From positions 52,773 through 116,772 of the forward strand of contig CAZHYV010000008.1 of the NCBI GenBank assembly GCA_964537055.1: 64,000 nt of DNA, given 5' to 3'. This DNA comes from an uncultured Myxococcales bacterium (GTDB lineage Bacteria; Myxococcota_A; Polyangia; Palsa-1104; JAEUJZ01). Under the pieces are notes generated by a model. It saw only the letters and a list, made by a program, of their open reading frames with translations. It made no database searches and was not told the DNA's origin. Numbering within the stretch: position 1 is the first letter of the stretch; each line of letters starts with the position of its first letter. Shown piece by piece: positions 1 through 9,838 of the stretch. Made by a program: the position numbers and the translations under genes.

Positions 1-897
1 TTTGACCTGCACTGAGTTGAATTCCGATAGGGATTAAAAAAGAAGCTGGAATATAAATGTTATTTTCATCGAGTTGGTATTTTGTTAATGCTTGATCAAA
101 CGTATCAATGATGTTTTTATATACCGTCGGATCTTCGCCGACAATCGTTGAAGTTATCACTAAATATTCCGCAAGCTGTGAGTTATTAACCGGATAAGTA
201 ATAATCCCGTATCCATCAGCCCCCTTGAGAATGCCATTTCGATCAAACTGCAAGGAAAGTGTAGATACATCTGCTAGGTAGTTCGGGGCGGGAATTTGTA
301 CTCCTGGTACCGTAGGAGAAACAACTTGATATGTTCCTGTTGTATTGCTTGCGATTTGAATCGGGGCCGAGGAAAGAACAAATTCGAGCGTGAAGCTTTT
401 CGGATATCCTGATGGGGTAGTCTCAGAGGACGGGGTCATTTTGGCGGTAGCGTAAAAGTCGTTTCCGGTTGCTCCTTCATGGGTGAACGCAACAGGCGCA
501 CTCAGGTAGGGCACGTAGGTACTGACGAAAATCCAGCCAGAGGACGCAGTATATGTAGTAGACCCTAATACGACAGAATTAATATAAAGGTAGCAGTACA
601 GATCGTTAGGAAGGATAGACAGACGACCATTTGGCAGTTCCCCTTGGTACTCCCCGACTGCGGTGCTCCACGCTCCGTATCGAGAATTACAATTATAGTA
701 GATTCCATTGATAACGTCTAATGACACCTCACCTAAAGGCCCTATCAAGGCTCTCTGATCCACAGAAATAAGAAGGGCTACTTCCTTAGATTGAGAGCCA
801 CAGAAGCTCATAAATCCTAAAAGAAAGAAAAAGGTGATTTTTGCCCCCCAGCGATAAAGGGAGTGATAAAATCTATTATGAAGTTTTCTCATCATAG
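1..897 (-). CDS. Secreted protein, N-terminal part; the gene runs off the window start. Paralog of the gene at 1073..2038.
   Basis: Translating the minus strand from the ATG at 897 gives MMRKLHNRFYHSLYRWGAKITFFFLLGFMSFCGS, a signal peptide. It then shares motifs with the neighbouring gene: FTHEGATGNDFYATAKMTP vs FTKGGATTPDFYANAKITP, and QIPAPNYLADVSTLSLQFD vs QVPAPDYSANISSISFQVD. It is absent from the ORF track because it is partial. Confidence 0.55.
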
Positions 898-1005
898 GAG
901 CCTCCACATTAAAGAAGCGGTTCCTCTATCTTATAGATGCTTATGAAACCATCGTTGCGTCGTCGTAAGGAATTTCCAAAGAAGCGAAGGGATAAAGGTG
1001 GGGCA

Positions 1006-1042
1006 AGAAAAAACCTTGGGAGGGCCTCCCAAGGTTTTTTGA
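1006..1042 (-). terminator. Rho-independent terminator, bidirectional-type hairpin, downstream of the 1073..2038 gene
   Basis: aaaaaaCCTTGGGAGGgCCTCCCAAGGtttttt: a perfect 10-bp GC-rich inverted repeat flanked by an A-run and a T-run, immediately 3' of the minus-strand stop at 1073. Confidence 0.7.
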
Positions 1043-1072
1043 GTTATCTATTTTACACGGTAAGAAGCGTGC

Positions 1073-2038
1073 TTATGGATGGTTGAAGGTAATTGTGTAG
1101 ACTTGGAGCGAGACAACACCGGAATCTTCGTCTGTATTAGCCACGATGACGAGTACCACATATCCAGGACCGCCGGTGTCTTTCCCAACTAGGTTAAAGG
1201 AGTTGATTCCTGTGGCAGGGATGACGAATGAGGTACCCACAATTGATACTTTGCTTGCAGCAGTAAAGTTACTTAGTACGTCCTCATAGTTCGTTTTATC
1301 TCCAATGAAAGACGAAGCAGGAATAATCGCAAATTCTTGACCTGCCTGGTCACCTTCACTAAATACACCGGTGCCGCTTGCCGTTTGGATGATGTTGTTT
1401 GCATCAACCTGGAAACTAATGCTGCTTATGTTAGCACTATAGTCAGGTGCGGGCACTTGGGTAGCAGCAACAGGATCTGCGTACACGAAGAAATACGTAG
1501 CGGTCTGGCTCGCTGTTGCACTTGCAGGATCGCTCGAATAGACGATGTCTATTCTAAAATCCGCTGAATAATCACCAGGAGTGATTTTTGCATTTGCATA
1601 AAAGTCAGGAGTGGTTGCCCCACCCTTGGTAAAGGCAATGGGTGACCCTAAGAAGCTAGAGCCAAGAAGAAGAGGAGTAGAAGCTTCGTATTTCACTCCC
1701 CCAAGCTGAAGTTGAGCAATTCGGATTTGGCAAGGAGTGTTGTTTTTAACAACTTCCAAAAGCGAGTTGTCTAAGGTGCCAGCAAAACCGTTAATGCCAA
1801 CGCTCCATAAAGCGCCGTCCGTTTTGGTTAAGCAACTTGTATAGGTACCATCAATGGCTTCCGGCGTTTGACCGTTAATGGGTCCTGAGAGGTTTCTTCC
1901 AATGGCAGATACGTCACGGGGTACAGCAAGTTCCTTTTTGTTATTGCAGGCATCTAAGAAAAGCACACCTACAAGGGTTGAAATTCCAATGATTGGGTAT
2001 TTTAGATATGAACGTGTCATGAATGCTTTGACCCACAT
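1073..2038 (-). CDS. Secreted or lipoprotein-like protein of unknown function, paralog of the 1..897 gene
   Basis: N-terminal hydrophobic segment IIGISTLVGVLFLDACNNK, a lipobox-like L-D-A-C. Ser/Thr/Gly-rich and probably beta-rich. Clear similarity to the upstream partial ORF. A terminator follows directly. Confidence 0.6.
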   Translation of the reverse strand: MWVKAFMTRSYLKYPIIGISTLVGVLFLDACNNKKELAVPRDVSAIGRNLSGPINGQTPEAIDGTYTSCLTKTDGALWSVGINGFAGTLDNSLLEVVKNNTPCQIRIAQLQLGGVKYEASTPLLLGSSFLGSPIAFTKGGATTPDFYANAKITPGDYSADFRIDIVYSSDPASATASQTATYFFVYADPVAATQVPAPDYSANISSISFQVDANNIIQTASGTGVFSEGDQAGQEFAIIPASSFIGDKTNYEDVLSNFTAASKVSIVGTSFVIPATGINSFNLVGKDTGGPGYVVLVIVANTDEDSGVVSLQVYTITFNHP

Positions 2039-2229
2039 AGGACACCTCTTTGAATTAGGCTACAGAGAGACTGTAGTGTTTTACTGCCATTACATAGATG
2101 CTTGTGGGTAAAGAAATGTTTCAGTTATTTAAAAGAGAGAAGAAGATTCATTCTCCCTAAGGGGGAAAATACTTTGGTAGAATGGCTCTCTATTTCTCTA
2201 AAGGACAATAAAAAGAAGGAATAATAAGG

Positions 2230-3789
2230 ATGATCTTCAAAAAACAAAAATGGCAGTCCATTCAAATTTTTTTATTGGGGAGTTTTCTCTTCAAATTCGG
2301 TTGTGTAAAAAGAGAAGTGATTTTCATACAACCTTCTTCGAAAAAAACGATTGTATCGAAAGAAGGCACTCCTCCAAACCTAGAATCAAAGCGAATAGAT
2401 TATTACTCCAAGCTCATTGATGATTGTCCGATCGAGGAAGAAGATATATCAAACCGTTGCCGGAAGGCGCTCCAAAAAACGATCGTTTTAGATGATTCTT
2501 TCGATGAAGAGATTCATCAACGAGAGCGAGTCTTTGAGGCACTTCATTTTATCATGCAGAAATCGATACGGTTCTCAAGCGAACGTTTGGTTTTGGGGTT
2601 AGTTCCAGTCAAGGAAATAGTTCCTAGAAGCTTGCAGGAGGAATTAGGAAGATATCCTCATGAGTTTGCTCATCAGGTTTTGTTTAACTACGTCCTTAAC
2701 CATGTGAAGTTATTCCGTTTAATACCACCTAAAAGGACATATTCTGCCTTCTTTGATGCGCACGATCAAAGCATCTCTCTTGTAAAACGGGAGGGGAACG
2801 CTGTCGAGGATGCGTTCACTCTCATTCACGAGGCCCGTCATTCCAGCGATAATCCCCATAGCCCAAGCCTGCTATATTGCACGCTGGCTCTAGAAGGGGC
2901 GCGGGGATGGGAGATTGCCTATGCTTGGGGACTTCTCCAAGGAGAATACTCTTTTAGGCTATACCCATCACAGATTGCAGAAATTGTTAAGCTTTTTATA
3001 ACGGGATGGGACTTTATCGTTCAGATACCCAAGTCGGTAGAACCATTAAAAGAGAAACTAGCCGAATTTATAAACGAAGAAAACAAAACAAAGTGGGTGA
3101 GCCTATTTGAGGAATTAAATGGTATCTCCTTCCCGCTCGCGTTACCATTTGATGCTTACTCTCAAGTGAGGAAAGACTGTCAAGGTTTAAAGATAACCTC
3201 ACTTTGTAAGGAACAACTTGATCAGCTGATAGAAAAGTTCCTCTATTTGCCGCCCAATAAAGAGATTTTGAATCCAGAGGAAGTACTTCGGCTAGAGAAT
3301 ATCTTATTTGAGCTCCTAAATGCTCCTCTTTTCTTACGGGGAAAGCTTTTTGATCAACAAGGAAAGCTCTTGCATCGGACATTTTTGGAGAAATATTTGT
3401 CTGAGGATGTACTAACAAAAGCTCTTTTTGAGCAGGGTTGGTCTTATGATCAAATTTTGTTCAACTATTTTATTAGCGGCTTGAAAAAGAGCTCAGAGAG
3501 CCAGCTTTTGGCCAATTCCATCAAGCTTTTTATCTCTAAGTTTCCGAAGAAAATGAGACGTGCTCTTAGCGACCAAGAAAAGAGCCATCTTCAATTCAAT
3601 TTGACTCTTTCATCTGGAATCAAAGGTTTCTATAAAAATTACTATGGAAAAGATAAAGCTGTCTCCTCTTTAGGAAAGGCCTTTGTCGGTTATCTTTTGC
3701 TGCCATACAGAATAGCAAAACTTCATGCGGAAGAGGAGCAATCAAACCCGAAAGGGCTTTTTGCCTCTAAAAAAACAACTAGAGAATGA
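2230..3789 (+). CDS. Secreted protein with an HExxH (HEARHS) zinc-metallopeptidase-like motif; member of a two-copy family with 29551..31650
   Basis: N-terminal hydrophobic segment IQIFLLGSFLFKFGC. Motif LIHEARHSS followed by GWEIAYAWGLLQGEY, matched in the distant paralog by LLHEARHSE ... GWQIALAWGFIQGNE. Confidence 0.5.
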   Translation: MIFKKQKWQSIQIFLLGSFLFKFGCVKREVIFIQPSSKKTIVSKEGTPPNLESKRIDYYSKLIDDCPIEEEDISNRCRKALQKTIVLDDSFDEEIHQRERVFEALHFIMQKSIRFSSERLVLGLVPVKEIVPRSLQEELGRYPHEFAHQVLFNYVLNHVKLFRLIPPKRTYSAFFDAHDQSISLVKREGNAVEDAFTLIHEARHSSDNPHSPSLLYCTLALEGARGWEIAYAWGLLQGEYSFRLYPSQIAEIVKLFITGWDFIVQIPKSVEPLKEKLAEFINEENKTKWVSLFEELNGISFPLALPFDAYSQVRKDCQGLKITSLCKEQLDQLIEKFLYLPPNKEILNPEEVLRLENILFELLNAPLFLRGKLFDQQGKLLHRTFLEKYLSEDVLTKALFEQGWSYDQILFNYFISGLKKSSESQLLANSIKLFISKFPKKMRRALSDQEKSHLQFNLTLSSGIKGFYKNYYGKDKAVSSLGKAFVGYLLLPYRIAKLHAEEEQSNPKGLFASKKTTRE

Positions 3790-3954
3790 TGTTTGTAAAG
3801 ACGTAAAAACCCCTTTCGCCGTATTGCTGTTCTAAAGACAACCAATTGTTCTGTTTCTTCGCAGCAAACTCTTTCATTAGTCCGTTCCCCATATAAAAAT
3901 GAGTTCCCGCCTAATATGGGTGTTCCTCTCATCTCGAAAGGTGTTTCCTCTTAA

Positions 3955-4524
3955 TTAACGTTTAAATTTAGTTGAATCAAAGATTACCGTTGTTAGACAT
4001 TGCTTCCCGCGAGCAGAAAACACTAATCTTAATTCGCCCCACGATTTGATATAGGTCCAGGTAGTGGTGGGCTCCTCTTGGGCGTGCGCAGAGGAGGGAG
4101 TTAGATCTTGCGGTAGAGAAAATAGATCTTTTGTCTCTTTCTGTGTGACACAAATTCGTGGGGATACTTCTAGAATAAGTAGGACTTCGGAGGGATTACC
4201 TCGTGCACTCCGGAGTTCGACAGATCGAAATGAAGAATCCTTGGGAATCTCAGAATAGTGAATCGAGAAAGGTCCATCGCTTCTCTTTTGGGACTCTCTT
4301 TCTTTGGTAAATTTTTCCATCGTAAAAGGCTGTAAACTCTCGATAGAGATAATCTTGTTTAAAAACTGTTTCGATGTAAACGATCGGAGCGCAGTTGGCT
4401 CCTGCATAGTAGCTTTTTGCGTAGCCGCCTTTTTAGAAGAGGCAGAGACAGAAGTTGTGATGCAGAGAGAAGCTCCAAAGCATAATAGGAAAAGTATTTT
4501 CATGAGGAAAATGTAGCAACGCAA
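3955..4524 (-). CDS. Hypothetical secreted protein
   Basis: Signal peptide MKILFLLCFGASLCITTSVSASS. The real start may be the internal ATG at 4503. No recognisable domain. Confidence 0.45.
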   Translation of the reverse strand: MRCYIFLMKILFLLCFGASLCITTSVSASSKKAATQKATMQEPTALRSFTSKQFLNKIISIESLQPFTMEKFTKERESQKRSDGPFSIHYSEIPKDSSFRSVELRSARGNPSEVLLILEVSPRICVTQKETKDLFSLPQDLTPSSAHAQEEPTTTWTYIKSWGELRLVFSARGKQCLTTVIFDSTKFKR

Positions 4525-4751
4525 ACAACTTTCGGGAAATTTTTTGGAGAGCTTTTAGAAAATAATTGAATCATTTTTGTAACTTCTTATAAAGAGTTAG
4601 ATCCCTAGAGAACAAAGTATAGATTCATCATTTCAGCTTCGCTAGAAGGACCATCAAAAAATTTGAGTTGCACAGACCAAAAACATTGATTACGATACGT
4701 TCCGCCTAAGCGATGAGACTTTTTATTGATAGTATCTATCGCTTTGGAATG

Positions 4752-4779
4752 TTGACACATTTACACAAATTGTTATAGT
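4752..4779 (+). promoter_or_regulatory. Sigma70-like promoter for the lipoprotein gene at 4835
   Basis: TTGACA (4752-4757), a 16-nt spacer, then TATAGT (4774-4779), about 55 nt upstream of the ATG. Confidence 0.5.
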
Positions 4780-4834
4780 TTTTAGGGCTCGAAAATTGGA
4801 GCATGAATTCACAAAACAAAAGGAGACATTAAAA

Positions 4835-5536
4835 ATGAGACTTTCTTCTCGTTCGTTATTACTCGCTGGTGTTGCCAGCACCGCTCTACTGATTGGCTGT
4901 GGCGTTCCTATGCGTGATCAGCACGTTAAGAACACCCTGGATCAATTCCTAAACAAAGCCAATGGTAAATCGGCACTCACCACCGGAAACAAGACCATTA
5001 TCGTTCCTCTTCGGGACAATGGATGTGATCGTGGACACCAAATGCCTCTTATTCCAACACCAAACTACAAAGCGGGTGGTGCATTAGGGGGAGGTATGTT
5101 CGGTGGCTTCGGTGGTGGTATGAAGAAATACAACAACCTGGTTGAGCGTATCATTGCAACAACCCTGGTTACCGGTAACATGACCCAGGTAGTTGAGCTT
5201 TCAACCCACAACTTTGCAACAGGTCTTGTTAAACCTGTAGCGGGCGGTGCTGTAACTGTAGTTGATGTTCTTCAGAACGTGAACTGGGCCCTAGAAGGCG
5301 GCAGGATTGTAAATACTGTCACCGGACCTGATATGTGCCTCCTCACCATTGCCAAAGAACGAAATGCAAACACTGTGTTTGCATACGAAATTCTTGAGCT
5401 AGGTGGCAAACGAGCCAAGATCCACTACCGCATCAGCGATGTGGCAACGGGTGTTGTCAAAGCTGAAGGCACGTTCCTTGCAGCCGAAGGTACACCTTAC
5501 GATGCCAACTTCGTAGAAGTTCCAGACGCGAAGTAG
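4835..5536 (+). CDS. Lipoprotein with a glycine-rich segment, function unknown
   Basis: Start moved to the ATG at 4835, which has the RBS AAAGGAGAcatt. Lipobox LLIGC. Contains GGALGGGMFGGFGGGM. Confidence 0.55.
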   Translation: MRLSSRSLLLAGVASTALLIGCGVPMRDQHVKNTLDQFLNKANGKSALTTGNKTIIVPLRDNGCDRGHQMPLIPTPNYKAGGALGGGMFGGFGGGMKKYNNLVERIIATTLVTGNMTQVVELSTHNFATGLVKPVAGGAVTVVDVLQNVNWALEGGRIVNTVTGPDMCLLTIAKERNANTVFAYEILELGGKRAKIHYRISDVATGVVKAEGTFLAAEGTPYDANFVEVPDAK

Positions 5537-5556
5537 TCTTTCTTAGAAGTGGGGGA

Positions 5557-5600
5557 GAAGCCGCTTACCTTGAAAAGGGTAGGTGGCTTTTCTTTTTTTT
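5557..5600 (+). terminator. Rho-independent terminator after the lipoprotein gene
   Basis: GAAGCCGCUUACC, an 8-nt loop, GGUAGGUGGCUUU (a 13-bp stem with three G-U pairs), then UUCUUUUUUUU. Confidence 0.6.
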
Positions 5601-5632
5601 ATGGTTTCCTGCTAAGATTGTGAGCAATCTCC

Positions 5633-7390
5633 ATGGTGCTTTCAAAAGAGCAAAAAGCTCATCTGTTACATCTTTTACAGTCCCCTTCATTTACCCCAAA
5701 AAGAAACATGACTGCTTCTTTGTTCTGTCTGTTTTTAGAACAGAATCTAGAGAAGCAAGAGCGGAAGAAAGTGACCCAAGGGATCCTGAAGTTAGGAACA
5801 TTTGCATGGTCCTATGGGACGATGCTTTTAGCTAACGCTAGTAGGGAAGCTCCTTCGGACGAAGAAAATCATCTTTGCGAGAAAAACAAAATTTTGCTTC
5901 TTCGGTTGCTTGGAACTTTGGCTGGGAAGGATCCAAGCAAGGAGAGATATCAATGGTTTTTACCCTATCTTCGAGATAGCTCTACACGGGTGGCTCGGGC
6001 AGCGCTCTTTGCAATAGAGCATGCTCAAGAATTTCCTGAGCGAGTAGAGGAAGAGCTATTGCCTCTTTTTGAGCGTACGAACATGGTGGGTACGCTGGAG
6101 GTGGCATTTCAAAAGAAACTGATCGAAGCTCTTGGGAAGCTTGGCGGGACAAAGAGCTTGCACGCGCTTTTAGCAGCTCAGGATAGACCAAAAGACCCCA
6201 CGCTAATCTCTTTTATCGAAAAAGCTTGCCTTGTTTTAAAGCGGCGGCTGCTTCGGGCTGAGCAAGGATTAGGTCGAATTCGTAGCGAGGCCTCTTTAGA
6301 GAACTCCTTCTTTGGGGATCAGGATCTTACAATCATCCTTCGCTGCAGAACCGGTCTTGAGCGACTTCTGATGAAAGAGCTTGCCTGGAAAATTCCTGAA
6401 AGCAAAACAAGGATTTTTGCTCCAGGTCAAGTAGAGATGAAGAACATCCCTTCGCTCCAGAGACTTTTTCAATCGAGGTTGTTTATTGACGTTTTGTTGG
6501 TAAAAAAATTCTCTCACCAGTTGATAGAAGCGTATGGTCGGAAAAAGGCTGCATTGGATACACTCGTTGAGCATATATCAGCTCATTCCGTGAGTCGTCT
6601 TCTTTCTCACCTTACTGAGGGAAAAATACGTTATCGAATTCACCCTGACGGGTTTCATCTTACACAGCTTCATGCCCATCAGACCCATCATGAAGGAACT
6701 CATTCTCAAGCTTCGTTTGTTCAAACCCTTGCTCAAGAGATCGATCGGCGATGCCCAAATTTTGTAAACGATCCTCGGAAAAGCTTATGGCAAATCGAAA
6801 TAGATCCAAGCCCTTCCCCTACCTGGGTTGGTTTTGTCCCTAAAGGCATTATTGATCCTCGTTTTCTCTACCGAAAGCATCAAGTTCCGGCATCCTCTCA
6901 CAAGACGCTTGCTGCGGCCCTTGCACTGATTGCTGAGCTGAAAGAGAACGATACTGTGTGGGATCCTTTTGTTGGGGCGGGTAGTGAGCTGGCCGAAGCT
7001 TTTTTAAGACAACCCTCCTGTCGGCTGATAGGCACAGACGTAAGTGCAAAGGCGCTTGACCTTACGCGCGAGAATTTACAGTTCCTAGGGGTGAATGCAC
7101 AGCTTATCGAAGCGGATGCGACTGTCTATGTCCCATCGAAAACAAGTGTCATCTTGACCAATCCACCGATGGGAAGGAGGGTGCAGAGAGGAACCATGAA
7201 GAGCGTACTTAGCCAATTTCTGCGACATGCCGTTACGATTCTTCCAAAATATGGGAGGTTGGTATGGATTTCTCCTGCACCTCAGACGCATCGTAATCAG
7301 CTTGTCGATCTTCGGTGCAGGCTTACCTTTTCGCAAACTGTGGATATGGGGGGATTTGAAGGGGAAATTCAAGTGTGGGAAAAACTGTAG
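5633..7390 (+). CDS. RlmL/UPF0020-type (THUMP-like) SAM-dependent RNA N2-guanine methyltransferase with an N-terminal extension of about 220 aa resembling HEAT repeats
   Basis: C-terminal half: KTLAAALALIAELKENDTVWDPFVGAGSE, and catalytic motif IV LTNPPMG. The N-terminal half has repetitive helical LLxxL units (LLRLLGTLAGKDPS..., VARAALFAIEHA...). Confidence 0.65.
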   Translation: MVLSKEQKAHLLHLLQSPSFTPKRNMTASLFCLFLEQNLEKQERKKVTQGILKLGTFAWSYGTMLLANASREAPSDEENHLCEKNKILLLRLLGTLAGKDPSKERYQWFLPYLRDSSTRVARAALFAIEHAQEFPERVEEELLPLFERTNMVGTLEVAFQKKLIEALGKLGGTKSLHALLAAQDRPKDPTLISFIEKACLVLKRRLLRAEQGLGRIRSEASLENSFFGDQDLTIILRCRTGLERLLMKELAWKIPESKTRIFAPGQVEMKNIPSLQRLFQSRLFIDVLLVKKFSHQLIEAYGRKKAALDTLVEHISAHSVSRLLSHLTEGKIRYRIHPDGFHLTQLHAHQTHHEGTHSQASFVQTLAQEIDRRCPNFVNDPRKSLWQIEIDPSPSPTWVGFVPKGIIDPRFLYRKHQVPASSHKTLAAALALIAELKENDTVWDPFVGAGSELAEAFLRQPSCRLIGTDVSAKALDLTRENLQFLGVNAQLIEADATVYVPSKTSVILTNPPMGRRVQRGTMKSVLSQFLRHAVTILPKYGRLVWISPAPQTHRNQLVDLRCRLTFSQTVDMGGFEGEIQVWEKL

Positions 7391-8451
7391 GAGAGAAAAG
7401 CTGCCTCGAGCTCGCTTGGATTGACTTCAGAGGTGATGAACGGGAAGCCTACTTCCCGGAGAAGAATAAATCGAACTTTTCCCAAGCTACGTTTTTTGTC
7501 CAATTTGATTGCATCAAGAAGGGTACCGAACGATAAAGAGGCAGGGATGTTAGGGAGAGGAATTTTCTGAAATAGCCTCTGGATTCTATCATAGGTGGCC
7601 TTGGGCAAAAATCCTTTTTTCCAAGAAACATAGAGGGCTGCGCGCATTCCCCAAAGGACAGCCTCTCCATGACGAAAGTAGGAATAGTTAGTCGCTGCTT
7701 CGAGGGCATGACCCAGCGTATGGCCAAAATTTAGAAACTCCCGGGTCCCGTTATCATCGAATTCATCCTGCTCCACGAAAGCAGCCTTTTCCTGGAGGCA
7801 AGTGATGATGCCTGTTTCGAGAGCGGAAACATCCTTGCTTAGGATCTTAGCCAGATGATGCTCAAGCCATTCAAAAAAAGCTGCATTTCGGATAAGACCA
7901 TATTTGATCATTTCTCCAAGACCGGAAATGATTTCTCGGTCGGGGAGGGTTTCAAGCAAGGTGACATCACAAAGAACAAGCTTAGGATGATGGAAAAGAC
8001 CGATGAGGTTTTTCCCTCGAGGATGGTTAATGCCCGTCTTTCCCCCTATGCAACTGTCCACTTGGGCAAGCAGGGTACTGGGAAGTCCCACCCAGGGGAT
8101 GCCGCGCAGAAACGTCCCGGCCAGGAAGCCTCCCAAATCGCCTATCACTCCACCTCCAAGAGCGACCAGAACCCAGGAACGGTCGACCCCAGCTTCAAGC
8201 ATGGTGCCATAAAGTTGATACGCTTGCTCAAACGACTTGCTGGTCTCGTTGGCCGCAAGGAAATGGGTGTGACAGATGGAAGACGTTTGTCTGAGGAGCG
8301 ATTGTATGAATTCAGCTTGTTGTTTTAAAGTGGAATCGGCTAGGAAAAAAATAGATCTTTTTCCTAGAAACTCAGGAAGAAACTGCAGAACCTCTCTTCC
8401 CACTTTTACTAGCGACGGTCCCTGGGAAGTTTTCGTCTCCAAAGTATACAT
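7369..8451 (-). CDS. aroB: 3-dehydroquinate synthase
   Basis: Gly-rich NAD-binding loop GGGVIGDLGGF; motifs CIGGKTGINHP and HGEAVLWGM; 360 aa. Confidence 0.9.
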   Translation of the reverse strand: MYTLETKTSQGPSLVKVGREVLQFLPEFLGKRSIFFLADSTLKQQAEFIQSLLRQTSSICHTHFLAANETSKSFEQAYQLYGTMLEAGVDRSWVLVALGGGVIGDLGGFLAGTFLRGIPWVGLPSTLLAQVDSCIGGKTGINHPRGKNLIGLFHHPKLVLCDVTLLETLPDREIISGLGEMIKYGLIRNAAFFEWLEHHLAKILSKDVSALETGIITCLQEKAAFVEQDEFDDNGTREFLNFGHTLGHALEAATNYSYFRHGEAVLWGMRAALYVSWKKGFLPKATYDRIQRLFQKIPLPNIPASLSFGTLLDAIKLDKKRSLGKVRFILLREVGFPFITSEVNPSELEAAFLSYSFSHT

Positions 8452-8494
8452 ACGATTTCATCCTGCCCTGGTTAGGGTTTCACCATACTCTAGT

Positions 8495-9838
8495 TTAGGC
8501 TTGATTGTACCTTAGTTTCTGTAAGTCTTGATAAAAGTTGGGATAGGAGACCGAAACACATTCAGCTTCATGGATGGTCGTAATCCCTTTTGCTACAAGC
8601 GCTGCAATGGAAAACGCCATCGCCAAGCGATGATCCCCCTCAGGAATAATGGTCGCTCCTTGCAGCTTCGTAGGTCCTTCGATGGCAAATCCATCAGGAA
8701 ATACCTCCATGCGTCCACCCATGGCTCGAAGATTTTTTGCAAGTCCTTCGATACGGTCACTCTCTTTTTTCCTAAGCTCTTCTGCTCCTCGGACCACCGT
8801 GGTTCCCTTGGCTTGGGTAGCTACCACGCCAAGCAGGGGAAGCTCATCAATCATGAGAGGGATTTCGGATACATCAATTTCTTTGGCGGAAAGCTCTGCC
8901 GATCGGATGTAAAGATCCCCCATGGGTTCAGGTCCAGAAGCCAAAGAACCTGACCTAGAAACCATAGATTCGGATTTAGAAACGGTAGATTGAATTTCAA
9001 TCTGTGCTCCCATGCTGATGAGGGTTCTTAGAAATCCTAAACGGGTTGGATTGAGGGAGACCTGCTTTAGGAGAACCTCAGAGCCCTGAATCATGGTTGC
9101 CGCGGCGACCCAAAAGGCAGCGCTAGAAAAGTCCCCAGGAACAACGATGGAAGTCCCTGTTAAGGGCTGGCCCCCGGTAATTTTTAACAGGGGCTCGCTG
9201 TCCATCTCGACCTGCTCAAGGATGGCTCCAAACTGAGGAAGCATCCTTTCTGTATGGTCACGGCTATAGACCTTTCCTCTTAAGACCGTAACCCCTTCGG
9301 CGAATAATCCTGCAAGGAGGATCGCACTTTTTACTTGGGCGCTTGGAAGGGGTAGTTCATAATCAATTGCTGACAGGGGTCGTTTCCCACGGATGGTCAC
9401 TGGGGCCGTATCGTGATTGCTCAGTTGCACGAATGCGCCCATCTTTGTTAGGGGTTCGGCGATTCGGCGCATCGGACGACGGCTCAGTGAGGGATCGCCA
9501 GTTAACGTGGCGGTGATAGGCTGACCTGCAAGAACCCCTGATAGTAACCTTAGGGTTGTTCCTGAATTCGCACAAGGGAGAGGAACGGTGGGATCTTTGA
9601 GTTTTTTATTACCTGACCCTTCAACAAAAACACATCCCTGTTTTTTTTCAATCGTGACTCCTAAATGAGCTAAGCAATTCCAAGTGGCCTGTACATCTTC
9701 GCTATCCAAAAGCCCCAAAATCCTTGTTTGCCCCTGTGCAAGGGCACCTAGGATTAGAGCTCGGTGGGAAATCGATTTATCCTTGGGAACCTCAACTTGT
9801 CCCTGGAATCGGCTGGCTGGAAATATCGAGCGGATCAT
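8495..9838 (-). CDS. aroA: 3-phosphoshikimate 1-carboxyvinyltransferase (EPSP synthase)
   Basis: KSISHRALILGALAQG signature; 447 aa. Its ATG overlaps the upstream gene's stop as ATGA. Confidence 0.92.
   Translation of the reverse strand: MIRSIFPASRFQGQVEVPKDKSISHRALILGALAQGQTRILGLLDSEDVQATWNCLAHLGVTIEKKQGCVFVEGSGNKKLKDPTVPLPCANSGTTLRLLSGVLAGQPITATLTGDPSLSRRPMRRIAEPLTKMGAFVQLSNHDTAPVTIRGKRPLSAIDYELPLPSAQVKSAILLAGLFAEGVTVLRGKVYSRDHTERMLPQFGAILEQVEMDSEPLLKITGGQPLTGTSIVVPGDFSSAAFWVAAATMIQGSEVLLKQVSLNPTRLGFLRTLISMGAQIEIQSTVSKSESMVSRSGSLASGPEPMGDLYIRSAELSAKEIDVSEIPLMIDELPLLGVVATQAKGTTVVRGAEELRKKESDRIEGLAKNLRAMGGRMEVFPDGFAIEGPTKLQGATIIPEGDHRLAMAFSIAALVAKGITTIHEAECVSVSYPNFYQDLQKLRYNQA

Noticed and set aside
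5620-5835. 71-aa ORF overlapping the start of the methyltransferase gene
   Set aside because: Different frame of the same strand, within the first 200 nt of the 585-aa gene. No independent RBS.
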